Assembly: GCA_002148405.1 (NCBI GenBank)
Contig: MUGG01000034.1
Location: 1-64,000 of the forward strand
Length of the DNA: 64,000 bases
Direction: 5' to 3'
Origin: Alkalinema sp. CACIAM 70d
GTDB lineage: Bacteria; Cyanobacteriota; Cyanobacteriia; Leptolyngbyales; Leptolyngbyaceae
Each line of letters opens with the position of its first letter. Position 1 is the stretch's first letter. This document shows positions 41,955 to 52,600 of this stretch, piece after piece. A program made the position numbers and the translations under genes. The notes beneath the pieces are model-generated. The model did no database searches, was not told the DNA's origin, and was given only the letters and a program-made list of their open reading frames with translations.

Positions 41955-43277
41955 GGGGTTTGCAAATAAATAAGACACCGGGGATTCTAGAAGGTAATGG
42001 AGCAGAATGATGGGATCGTTTGCCCAGACTCTTGAGAAAAGGATGCCCTAAACCATGCTCAATGAGACGATTAAAGCAACTCTCAAAGATGCCGCCCGGA
42101 AGCTGACTGGCTCCAAGAAGCGAGACTTTATCGCAAAAGTGGCTGAAGACTATTTTGCGGGGTCAGCGCGGGAAACAGAAACGGTATTAGGGTGGAATCG
42201 AGAGGCTGTACAACTAGGGTTGCATGAACGGCGCAGTGGGATAGTCTGTGTCGAACACTATCAAGCCAGAGGACGGCGTAAAAGTGAAGTGGTGTTGGCA
42301 AATTTAGAAGCCGATATTGCCAGTTTGGTGGATGGGCAAGCCTAAGCAGATCCGAAATTTCAATCGACCTTTTTGTATGCGCGCATCAGTGCTCGAGCCG
42401 TGCGAGAAGCCTTGATCGAGGAGAAGGGCTACGACGAGACCGAGCTGCCTTCACGTCAGACGATTGGGGCCATCCTCAATCGCATGGGGTATCGCCTAAA
42501 AAAACACAAAAAGTCAAACCGTTGAAAAAGATTGCCCAAACCGATGCTATTTTTGACAATGTTGCGCAGGAAAATCAACGGACTGATGCCAATCCGCAAG
42601 TGTTGAGGCTCTCGATTGACACAAAAGTCAAAGTCAAGATTGGCAATTTGTCGCGCAATGGTAAGGATCGCAGTTTAGAAGCCAAACAAGCGGACGACCA
42701 TGATACTGAATGGCAATCGGTATTGGTGCCTTTTGGCATTCTCAATCTTGATAACGATGAGCTGTCGATTTACTTCGGTCAATCCGCTGAAACCAGTGAT
42801 TGTATTGTCGATTGTTTGGCCTGGTGGTGGCAGGACAATCCAGTTGATTACACTGAGATTGAGGCGTGGGTGATTAATCTAGATAGCGGATCTGCAACTC
42901 GCAGCGATCGTACCCAGTTCATTAAACGCATGGTTGAATTGGCTCAACGGATCGACCGACCCATTCGATTAATTTACTATCCGCCTTACCACAGCAAATA
43001 CAATGCCATTGAGCGATGCTGGGCGGCCCTTGAGAATTACTGGAATGGAGCGATCTTAGATTCGGTCGAAGCCGCCGTTCAATGGGCCACGAATATGACC
43101 TGGAAAGCTGTTGCTCCAGTGGTTTATCTGGTGGAGGGCCTCTATGAAAAGGGCGTTCAGGTGTTCGCTGAGGAATTAGAATCCGATCTCCCGTTCTGGC
43201 AACCCTCGGAAACGTTACCCAAATGGGATATCACCATTCTCCCTAATTGACTGGGATGTTATTTACTTGCATGTCCC
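41955..43277. mobile_element. ISAzo13-family insertion sequence, degenerate, with imperfect about 20-bp terminal inverted repeats
   Basis: The left end GGGGTTTGCAAATAAATAAG matches the right end GTTATTTACTTGCATGTCCC at 15 of 20 positions as a reverse complement. These ends enclose a transposase with the YPPYHSKYNAIERCW DDE-region signature. Confidence 0.45.
42055..43250 (+). pseudogene. ISAzo13-family transposase disrupted by an in-frame TAA (42343-42345) and a -1 frame change at an A7 run (42498-42504)
   Basis: Reading through the TAA continues the same frame as ...ADPKFQSTFLYARISARAVREALIEE...NRMGYRLKK. After A AAA AAA the protein continues in the -1 frame as KKTQKVKPLKKIAQTDAIF... Confidence 0.65.
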
Positions 43278-43455
43278 TAAATTGTTGGGAACCCAGCGAC
43301 CCCATGTTGCATGCCAACCCGTCGAAGAAGGATGTCCATGGCGATCGCTATGAGAAACTACCGCACAAACAAACTCCTCCCCAGTTATCAAAAAATGTTA
43401 ACTTTTCTTTTTGAAGTAAAAATTTGAAAGTTGATGATCGAGAAGAGACGATATT

Positions 43456-46335
43456 CTATTGGCCGGAATGCACTGCCTTACGAGAAAGATCGTCACAAAA
43501 GGCTCGATCGCGAATGCTATCTGAATTACTTAACGCTTTCGGATTAGTTGTCAAGTAATCATGGAGCCAACTGCAACTGCGATCGAGCAGAGAATCTAAT
43601 TGCAAATTCTGAAGATTCCAAACAAGAATTCGTTTATCATCACTAGCAGAAACAAGTTTTTGCCCATCCGGGCTAAAATCAAGGCCATAGATGCCGCTGC
43701 GGTGCCCATTCAAGCTAGCAATCAAGCGACCATCCAACCGCCACAATTTGATTGAGCGATCGTCGCTGGAAGACGCGATCGTTTTGCCATCGGGACTAAA
43801 GCGCACTGCTAAAACAATCCCTTGATGACCAATTAAGGAGCGCAGAAAAGTCCCATCCCGTTTCCAGAGCTTGATCGTACGATCGTTACTAGCCGAAGCA
43901 ATGATTTGACCATCAGGACTAAAGGCAACATCTCGAATGGTCTGCTGATTATGGGCATTAAAAGTTGTGACCGGGGTTAGTTGTTTTTTTAGGAATCTAT
44001 CCATGCTCCATAGTTGAATTTCTCCCTTCTGAGTGCCTAGAATAAGCAACTGACTATCGGGGCTAAAGTTCAGATTGTCTAACCGACTGCTGGAAGTTTT
44101 TACCTGAGCGATCGGTGTTCCATCAACTTGCCAGACATACAGCCTTCCATCTGTATCTCCCGCAGCAATCCATTGACCATTGGGACTAAATTGAACTCGA
44201 TGGATGATGCCATTGGTAGAAATGCGTTGTTTCTCTTTACCATTCCAATCCCATATAATAATGTAGGAATCGGCTCCAGCGGATGCAAAGTACTTGCCAT
44301 CAGGACTCACGCTGACACTATAAATTTGATTCTCGTGTCCTTCTAAGATTTGCTGTAAATCCCCATTTGGCGACCACAGGTGGAGGGTTTTATCACTACT
44401 ACCCGAAATGATTTTCCGACCATCGGAGCTGAAGCTAACAGCATTCACAGGCTCTTTGTGGCCAATGAGGGGTGAAAGAATACTGCGATCGAATCGCCAA
44501 AGCTTTAAAGTGGTATCTTGGCTGGCAGAGGCGAGGAGTAACTGGTTACGATCGGGGGCAAAGCTCACCCCGTTAATCATGTCACTGTGTCCCTTGAGCG
44601 ACTCCAGAAAGGTACCATCCTGCCAGCGCCAGAGGTCAATCACTTTATCCGCACTGGCCGTAGCGAGAATGCGACCATCGGGACTGAAGGCGAGGCCATA
44701 GAGGGGGCGATCGGCGCGTTCGGGGTCGGGTTGAAAAAACTGGCGCAATAGTTTACCCGTCCGATGATCCCAAAGGGAAATCTTGCCCTTAATATCAACC
44801 GCAGCGATCGTGCGACCATCGGGGCTGAATTTCACCTGGGTAATGAGATCCTTTGCGCCCTTTAATTGCTTCAGAACTTTGCCATTGATTGTCCAGAGGC
44901 GCACGACTTTATCTTCGCCAGCGGAAGCCATCAGGGTGCCATCGGGACTGGGCGCTAAGCTGTAAATGGGCTTGGGATGTTGGCGTAGGATAACGCCCGG
45001 TTTGCCCTCGATCGACCATTTGCGAATCGTGCCGTCTTCCCCCGCTGACCACAGGGATTGTCCATCTTGACTAAAGAAGACACTGTTCACGGCTCCTTTA
45101 TGACCAGATAGGACGGGGCCAGGGGTGCCATCGCGCTGCCACAGCCGCACGGTACCATCTTTACTGGCAGAGGCAAGCTGCTGACCATTAGGGCTAAAAC
45201 TGACAAAAAAGACGCCATCTTGATGACCTTCTAGGGTGGCGATTGGTTGGCCGTTCAACTGCCACAGCCGCACGGTTTTATCGCCACTGGTAGACGCCAA
45301 AATTTGACCATCAGGGCTGAACTCTACTCCTGCAACCCAATCCTTGTGGCCTTCCAATCGGTTGGATTCCATGACCCAATAGGCTGCTTGCAGGGCTGTA
45401 TCCGTAATTTTTTGTTGCGTCTCTGCATCGGCCCAAGTTGCTTGTTTCAAGAGCCGACTGGCCCGCAAACTTTGGATTAAGGCATCAAAGATATTATTTT
45501 CCTTAAACAGCGCTTCAGAAAAGGCTCCCAAGGTTTTGATTTCATTCACTGCGGCCATTTGATACTGTCGATAGGCAAAAAAGCCCAATCCACTGGCAAT
45601 CACAAAGGCGATCGTCATGGTACCCAGCAGCGTCCGTTGCAGCCGAATTAGCGATCGCTGCTGTGCCCGTTCAGTACGGCGACTGGTGTCGATATATTGC
45701 AGTTGCAGCGTATTGGGTTCGGGCTGTTTAGTCGCGCCTTCAATGCACCATTGCTCTGCTCGTTCTAAATCCGTGCCCCGCAGCAAAAAGCTTTCATCCT
45801 TGCCATGATTCTGCCATTCCTGGGCGCGGAGTAATAGCCGCGTGTGGGCTCGCACGTGCGGTAAATCTGTATCTAGAGCCTCTGCTAATTTGGCAAAGGA
45901 CTCATCCCAATTGTCCTCAGGTCGAAAAAAAATCCAATTTAAATCCGCTAGGTTTTTGGGTGTATCTTTGGGATTGACGTTTTCACAGACGATCGGAATT
46001 AAACGCTTATTCATTTTAAGCGCTGCTTCATACTCCACCCGGCATTCATAGGACGCTAGGTATTCCGGACTCAGCACGGCAATGAAACTATCCGCTGCGG
46101 AAATCCCTCGATGAATTTCAGCCCGCCAATTAACGCTGGGAGGAATGTCAGCCCAATCAATCCAAATGTTGCGCTGTTGTTTTTGTAGATCTTGATAGAA
46201 TCTTTGAATGAACTCAAGATTGCGCCGACAGTAGGAAATGAAAAGATCGAATTGACTATCAGGAAGTTGATTGGAGTCATCCTCAGTTGGTGGCTGGGAC
46301 GGGGGGCGATCGGAAGAATGCTCGGAGTTACGCAT
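43456..46335 (-). CDS. TIR domain - transmembrane helix - WD40 (about 14 repeats) protein
   Basis: The N-terminal TIR reads DLFISYCRRNLEF...SFIAVLSPEYLASYECRVEYEAA, with a conserved Glu in CRVE. One predicted TM helix (IAFVIASGLGFFAY) and many GH...WD/WR repeats follow. The track start at 46347 is TTG, and the ATG is at 46335. Confidence 0.85.
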   Translation of the reverse strand: MRNSEHSSDRPPSQPPTEDDSNQLPDSQFDLFISYCRRNLEFIQRFYQDLQKQQRNIWIDWADIPPSVNWRAEIHRGISAADSFIAVLSPEYLASYECRVEYEAALKMNKRLIPIVCENVNPKDTPKNLADLNWIFFRPEDNWDESFAKLAEALDTDLPHVRAHTRLLLRAQEWQNHGKDESFLLRGTDLERAEQWCIEGATKQPEPNTLQLQYIDTSRRTERAQQRSLIRLQRTLLGTMTIAFVIASGLGFFAYRQYQMAAVNEIKTLGAFSEALFKENNIFDALIQSLRASRLLKQATWADAETQQKITDTALQAAYWVMESNRLEGHKDWVAGVEFSPDGQILASTSGDKTVRLWQLNGQPIATLEGHQDGVFFVSFSPNGQQLASASKDGTVRLWQRDGTPGPVLSGHKGAVNSVFFSQDGQSLWSAGEDGTIRKWSIEGKPGVILRQHPKPIYSLAPSPDGTLMASAGEDKVVRLWTINGKVLKQLKGAKDLITQVKFSPDGRTIAAVDIKGKISLWDHRTGKLLRQFFQPDPERADRPLYGLAFSPDGRILATASADKVIDLWRWQDGTFLESLKGHSDMINGVSFAPDRNQLLLASASQDTTLKLWRFDRSILSPLIGHKEPVNAVSFSSDGRKIISGSSDKTLHLWSPNGDLQQILEGHENQIYSVSVSPDGKYFASAGADSYIIIWDWNGKEKQRISTNGIIHRVQFSPNGQWIAAGDTDGRLYVWQVDGTPIAQVKTSSSRLDNLNFSPDSQLLILGTQKGEIQLWSMDRFLKKQLTPVTTFNAHNQQTIRDVAFSPDGQIIASASNDRTIKLWKRDGTFLRSLIGHQGIVLAVRFSPDGKTIASSSDDRSIKLWRLDGRLIASLNGHRSGIYGLDFSPDGQKLVSASDDKRILVWNLQNLQLDSLLDRSCSWLHDYLTTNPKALSNSDSIRDRAFCDDLSRKAVHSGQ

Positions 46336-46459
46336 AGAACACAGCAATCAAGAACATAGCAATCAAACCTAGGAACAGCAGAAATTACGTCATAATGGAA
46401 TGCTGGATCGTGGGGAATTTTAGGTTAAAAGATGGTCTAGATTCCTAGAATGTTTTTTC

Positions 46460-47977
46460 CTAGGGTTTATTCTTGGGGGGCTTGATTTTGGGATTAGACG
46501 TTTCTCCCAGGCTTATCATTTTGGCTTGTTCTTCCGCAGGAATGCCGAGATTATTGGTTTCCATCCATTTTGCATCCAGCAACGTCCACCAATCGCTGCA
46601 TAATTGATTCTGCTTGTCGGCTTTGAGGATGTAGTCGTAGGGCAACCAGCCAAACCCTTGTTCGCCCCAGTCATCTCCCCAGGAATTTTTAAAGAGAATG
46701 GCTCCAGGGCTGTGATTGGGAATGGTGTGGTTGTCGTCGTAGCCGATCGCTAAAGCCGCGTGACCTTGGATAAAAAGATCGGTTTGGAAGTCGGGGATTT
46801 CGTCAGGTAAAGCAATGTCTCCCGTGGCTTTGGAGTCAGCATATAGGGTGTCGCTCAGGACGCGGAATCCAAAAATAGCCGGGAATCCGCCGAGGAGGGC
46901 GGCTTTGATTTGGGCCAAGAGGGCGGGCTGGGTCATATCAGGCCGATCGAGGCGGAAGTAACGCAGGGTTTGGTAGCTTTGGGCGTAGGCGTAGCAAAAG
47001 GCCGGGGGATCGCTCAACAGGTTGTCTGGGTTGAGGGTTTGGTCGAGATCGCGGTTTTCTGGGGTGGGGCGTTGCCATTGCCAATATTTTTCTGGGGGTA
47101 ATCCAAAAATCATCATGGCTTTGAGGGTCGATCGTAGGGACGCACCTTTATCTTCATCCTGGGTGCCATCGATCAAGCGGGTGATGCGATAGAGAAAGCG
47201 ACTGGAAAAACGGCTATCGTCGGGGCCATTGCCTTGGCCTTGGCTGTAGCGGGAGGCGAAGTATTCCATGAGGGCGATGCCTGCGTGGGCCGTGCAGGCT
47301 TTGTAGCCATGATCCGCTTGATTTTCGATGCGGTGGCAATGCTTTTTAAGTTCTAAGAACTTAGCTGGGAACGGTATCTCAAGGTTATCTTGTAGCAGTG
47401 CTTCTAATTGCTGTAGGGTACCCCTTAGGAGAAGATAAATTTGCTGGGGATCGGGGGTGGAGTGGGTGGCGGTCTGATTAATTTCGGCGGGTTGTAATTG
47501 AATGACGGTAGAGACTGGCGAGGGGGTTGGGGCGTTGGGGCTGGCTGGCAATTGGGGGGAAAGGACTTTTGCAGGTACCAGTCTGGCTGGCACCATGGTT
47601 AGGAGGGTGATATCGTTGTCTGGGGTGAGTTTTTGCAGGATTTCTAACGTATTTCCCAGGGATTGCCGGGAGGAGAGCTCTGTTTTTTGACTGTCTAAGG
47701 ACTTACTGTGATTAGGGTTAAGGCGATCGAGTAGGGTTGGGACAAATTTTACGAGTTTCTGCCAGTTATCATCTTGAGAGGAGGAATTAGGTTGATTATC
47801 GATGGGTAAATAGCTAATCAGTTCATTTAACCAATTAATGAGTTCCTGGGTGACTTGGATCACTCGTCGATCGGATTGACTATGGATCAATAACTGCTGA
47901 ATTAGTTGATTATTGAGGGTAAAGTCCCTGTCGTCTTGCTGATCGGGAATCCAACCGGTTTGGATTGAGCTATCCAT
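46460..47977 (-). CDS. Papain-like (C1 family) cysteine peptidase homolog with a long N-terminal extension
   Basis: The putative Cys motif is GYKACTAHAGIALMEYF. The C-terminal His/Asn-Trp region reads QGHAALAIGYDDN...FKNSWGDDWGEQGFGWLPYDY, resembling a C1 His...N-S-W-G core. Confidence 0.45.
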   Translation of the reverse strand: MDSSIQTGWIPDQQDDRDFTLNNQLIQQLLIHSQSDRRVIQVTQELINWLNELISYLPIDNQPNSSSQDDNWQKLVKFVPTLLDRLNPNHSKSLDSQKTELSSRQSLGNTLEILQKLTPDNDITLLTMVPARLVPAKVLSPQLPASPNAPTPSPVSTVIQLQPAEINQTATHSTPDPQQIYLLLRGTLQQLEALLQDNLEIPFPAKFLELKKHCHRIENQADHGYKACTAHAGIALMEYFASRYSQGQGNGPDDSRFSSRFLYRITRLIDGTQDEDKGASLRSTLKAMMIFGLPPEKYWQWQRPTPENRDLDQTLNPDNLLSDPPAFCYAYAQSYQTLRYFRLDRPDMTQPALLAQIKAALLGGFPAIFGFRVLSDTLYADSKATGDIALPDEIPDFQTDLFIQGHAALAIGYDDNHTIPNHSPGAILFKNSWGDDWGEQGFGWLPYDYILKADKQNQLCSDWWTLLDAKWMETNNLGIPAEEQAKMISLGETSNPKIKPPKNKP

Positions 47978-48589
47978 AAATGATCTCCTAGCATCCTGAC
48001 GAGATGGTTTAAAAACGGGGGCGATTTTGGTAAGGGGGTACTGTAGATTGTGCCGAATTTGTGGGCACTGTCGATAAAAACAAAGGGATTATTCATAATT
48101 CCTGATGGTTTTTCGGAGCTTGAGTGCTGGATAGATGCAGAGATTCTCAGATCACCCGATCGGGTGGGAAGGCGTAGGGGGTCGGTGCCTGTGTCCATGT
48201 TGATTGTAGAAGGATGATTACTGCGGATAAAATCCCTCGATCGTAGTGCTCGGGTTCATGAGTACTGTAGTATTTTGACAATAGCCAGCCATTGTTGATT
48301 AGATACGATCGAGGTATTAGGCAACTAGCTGATGTTTGATGAAGTGAATGTATTACAAGAGCGATTTGTACTTCTGTTTCCTAAGCATTGAGGCTACCGT
48401 GTACACACAAGTCGATCTCAGGCTCGTTTTCCAAAAACTTTACCCTCTAAAACCTTGATTTCTCGTTGCCAATTCTCAACAACCTAAAAGTATTGAGAAT
48501 CAAGTCGTTTTCCGAAATTGAGGCTGGGCAAGGGTTTCAGAACTTGTGATCACAGATTTCAGAGATGCGTGTACACCGTAGAAGCATTA

Positions 48590-48716
48590 AGGAGACGGGC
48601 TTAGGTTTGGCGATCTCGTAGGCGATCGTGGATAACCACCACGGCACGATTCAAGTAGAGAGCCAAGTTAACTACGGCATAACGATGCAAGTAGCCTTAC
48701 CTGAACTTGAGCACTG
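48590..48716 (+). pseudogene. Remnant of a histidine kinase C-terminus (HATPase_c G2 box) with an internal stop
   Basis: It translates to ETGLGLAIS*AIVDNHHGTIQVESQVNYGITMQVALPELEH*, the canonical GTGLGLAIS(K)xIVxxHGGxIxVES...G.TFxxxLP ending. An in-frame TAG interrupts it, and there is no upstream kinase body. Confidence 0.55.
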
Positions 48717-48814
48717 AATATCGATAAGTAATCGAAGTTATATCCTGCAAGGTTGATCGCTTGAGGATTATGTGCTTTCCAAAAATTTGTCAATGTTTGT
48801 CAATGCTGTGGATC

Positions 48815-49618
48815 TCAAAACCCCCGTTCCCTTTCCCATGATGCAAGCGCTGCCAATAAAATAGATTTGCGTTCCAAGATCACTCCCGATAAAATATCTC
48901 CCTCAAGAATCGTCTGGATAAACTCTAATTCATTTTCATTAAGTGCGTTACGAATTGCGAGCTGCGCTATCGCTTCAATCCGATCACTGCCATTCGTGGT
49001 TCGATAGATCTCGTGAAGCGCACACTCTGCACTCACATCCTGTGATGCACCAATTGCTAGCACTAACTCACGGCGCACTCTTTCTGCAAGATTGCTATTA
49101 CGGGAAAGCCAGAGCAATTGCTCAATCAGTGGAGAACTTTGGCCGCTGGGAGTTTCGCGCAAAACGGCAGCAGCAGCAGCAACCCACGCGCTTTCCCAGT
49201 CGGTGGTCATAGTATGATCAGGGCGTATAGAAGCTACCAGAAGACCATCCTCTGGTGTCGCAACCTTGCTCAGTATCCGAAGTGCAACAATATGTGATGC
49301 GTCAGGGATGGGTTGCCCATTCCAATGGTTTTGTCCATCAATTCCATCAATTTGCAACAGGGCAATCGCTGCCTTCCTCATGTAATCCCGCTGCAACGTT
49401 ATGCGATCGCCCATACGAGATGTGGCTTGTTCTTGAATTACCAGATCGAGCGCAAGTGCCAGAATAAGACGGTTATTCTCTTCAAAAAGGGATTCCCACG
49501 CTGACCGTTGAGTTGCTGCATCTGGTTCGAGGGTTTGGAATAGACGATCGCGCAATGAATCATTGAGATCGATCCAGGTGCCAGCGAAGTACAGAAATGG
49601 ATCTATGGGTGGTGGCAT
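48815..49618 (-). CDS. Hypothetical helical-repeat protein immediately downstream of the DUF4157 effector gene (candidate immunity or chaperone protein)
   Basis: ATG at 49618 sits 6 nt after AGGAGGG and 13 nt after the effector stop. The ORF-track version (to 49921) overlaps the effector gene by 290 nt and is rejected. The protein is alpha-helical and Ala/Leu-rich. Confidence 0.55.
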   Translation of the reverse strand: MPPPIDPFLYFAGTWIDLNDSLRDRLFQTLEPDAATQRSAWESLFEENNRLILALALDLVIQEQATSRMGDRITLQRDYMRKAAIALLQIDGIDGQNHWNGQPIPDASHIVALRILSKVATPEDGLLVASIRPDHTMTTDWESAWVAAAAAVLRETPSGQSSPLIEQLLWLSRNSNLAERVRRELVLAIGASQDVSAECALHEIYRTTNGSDRIEAIAQLAIRNALNENELEFIQTILEGDILSGVILERKSILLAALASWERERGF

Positions 49619-49631
49619 GAAACCCTCCTGT

Positions 49632-52600
49632 TTAATACGGATCATCTCGTGGAGGACGTGTTGGTGCATCCAGGAAGCGGACGGCATCGAATGGGATATC
49701 GCCTCGAATGAGAACCTCCATAGTGCGAAGTGTATCTCGCATTGCCTGCTCCTGAACAGGTGGCGCGCTTTCTGCAAAAATCCCCCAATGCTGCTGTGAT
49801 ACACGAGTACTGAGGTCGAAGATGTTGGATGATGAGATGCGGAATAAATTAATTTCGACTCGACCAGAGGTAGGACTGAAAAAGCGACGGTACTCTCCAG
49901 TTCTGCGATCGCGCGTGCCACTGCGCATGTGTTCAGTGCGGGGTACTCTACTTGTCGAGGTATAGCTGGAGTCAGCCCCCTCTACATGTTCCAATAGCGA
50001 GGCGGAAGACCCTGGTGAAACAGGTTCAATTCCTTGTCCTCGCCGGAGACGACGAGCATCCGTCTCGTTAAGATCGCGAATGACACGAGGCCCAAGATAC
50101 GCCCCGCGTGCATCCTTCACAACAATCATCCTGGTACGAATGTGACGTGCCACGTTGGCTCGACCCCTGGGATCAGGATTGGCAATGTCCACAAAGCCTT
50201 CATTGGGTGGGATAATTCTACCGACAAGAACGACACGCGGTGGAACCTCAGCAAGATGCACGCGAACCTCTCCTCGTCCCCCACTGCCCAACACTTCCAG
50301 ACGTGAACCTGTGGGAATTCCGGTGATGCTCCGGAATGCTGTATCAAGAATGACTCTAACTTGATCGATCGTATCCTCCCGGCGAAGTAAACGTAGTTGT
50401 GTACGTGATGCTTGTAAGAGGCGATCTGCAATCCAACGTTCGGCTCCCGGTTCTCGACGACCTGGCAAATCGAACATCATCTCCGGATTCACGGCTGCCA
50501 AAATGGTGATTGTGGTACCGGCTTCACGGGTTACGCTGAGTGTTGTCAGACGATATCGTCGCTTAATCAGGAGTAGCATAGGCACCAGCAACACTCGCGA
50601 TCTCCTTGCCGGATCAATCCTCCGAACTTCGGTAACAGCAGCATGTAAATCGGCTGCTTTCTCTGCGGGGGTGCGACGATCTGGCCCGCCAGAAACTGCG
50701 CTAACCACCAGCCGCCCCAGCCGTCGGGCCTGGGCCACAATCCAGTCCACTACTCGGTCTAAGGCCCGATCGATCGGTGCGCGAACACGGTTGATAATGT
50801 TGGTCACTGCATCACTGACCCGGCCTAAACCTGCAATTCTGGCTAGGAAACTAATCACTAGCGTTAACAATCCCGCCATCGTCGTTTCTACACGATTGGC
50901 AGCGGCAGTGAGAACCCCACTCGCGATCGCGCTAACAGAATCAATAAACGCCATCGCCACTTGAGCAATTTGCCGCAACCGTTCTACAAAGAACATAATC
51001 GTGTTGTAGGTGGCGATAATCGCTTGGATAAAGGCTCCCGCTGGATTGAGACTTGTGATCAGGCGTGTAATCGCTGCTTGCACGACCCGATCGCGTACAA
51101 AGGTCATAATTTGCTCCATGACCATATCCCGCAGATTCGAGAGGCTCTCTTGAATTTTTTCCCAGGCCGCCGCAGGGCCTTGGGTCACTAAGGTCATGAC
51201 AATATCAAAACCCGTTTCCAATGCCTGCACTGCGGGTTCGCCAATCACCCGGACTAATTTCTGACGAATATTTTGCCAAGTCAGGCCCAACACACTTAGG
51301 ACAAACTTGATGATTTCCCGCAAGGTAAATGCTTGGGGAATATAAATATTGGCCCCACTCATTGCCCCTGTGAGCCATCCAATTAACGAGCCGCGTAAAT
51401 GGGTCAGGAAATTGGTGGCAAACTGGCGGAACCCTTGAATGCCAGCCCGCACTAAGTTCCCCACAAAGCCGATCGGATTTTGGATAATGCTGCGGAAGGC
51501 TCCAGCGGCTCGGCGGATGTAGGGCATTGCCCCAGGAGCCACGACTTCGAAGATAATTTGCAACAGGCTCATCACCTGCTGTCCTGCCCAGGAAATAAAC
51601 TGTCCGACAAAATTTGCAAACACCGTGCCTACCCGGACAAAGGCCCGAGGCAACAGCACAATATCGGCAATTTCCAGCGATTGCAGCGCTTGAATAAACA
51701 ACGTCGGAATTTGCCGCACAAAGCCGAGTAACCCTGCCAACGCTCCCTGGAACCAAGCCCAAGCCCGCGCCACCGCATTGGCCCGCTTCAAGTTGTTCCA
51801 CACTTCTTCCTGGCCGATCAGCTTCATGAAGCCGCCGATCAAGGTATCCGCATTGCGCGGCACGGGATCACCCGTAATGGGATCTTGTCCCAGCACGGCC
51901 TTCAGCAAGTCATAGCCTCGGGTGCCCTCCGCCAAACGGGCCAAAGGACGCAGAATGGCTTCTTTGACAAAGCGAATAATCCCTGTGACTAAATTGCGGC
52001 CAAAACTGATGATGCGATCGATGGGTTCCGTAAAGATGCGTTTAGCCCGATTCCACACGCCCCCCAAATCGAAAATATCCGTCCAACTGAGGGAGTCGAG
52101 GAACTGGTCGATCGCCTGCCGAATCACCGCTCCCGTCATTCCCAGGCTCTGAATTTGTTGCTCAATCCAGGCACCCACTCGATCGAAAACGCCGTAATTA
52201 TCCAGCGCTTGAGTAATCAATCCACCACCGGGTAAAAATTCTACGATCGCCCGCAGAATATTGGCCGCACTGCGTTCCACCCGGCTCATGTTAATGGGGT
52301 TCACCCCCAAAATAATCGTAAACATCCGGAAGCCGGGAATCAGATTGGCCTTATCCGCAAAGTAATCCAGCGCATCACTGAGGCCCAGTCGTTGTACCTG
52401 GACGGGAGCCTGCTGCGTCACCGAAACTGGCGTTACAGAAACCGCTTCGCGGCGCTGAATAGCTGCCCCTTGCTGAATCGTGTGGGTCAATTCGTGGGCG
52501 ATTAATTCTTTGCCTTCCTGGATATCGGGTTTAAATTTGTCCTTGCCAAAAAAGATTTGATTGCCGACGGTGAAGGCTTGGGCGTTGAGTTGGCGATTCA

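Noticed and set aside
48815-49921. 368-aa ORF-track version of the gene downstream of the DUF4157 effector
   Set aside because: Its first 101 codons overlap the C-terminus of the effector gene in another frame. An internal ATG at 49618 with a near-perfect SD (AGGAGGG) sits right after the effector stop, so the shorter gene is called.
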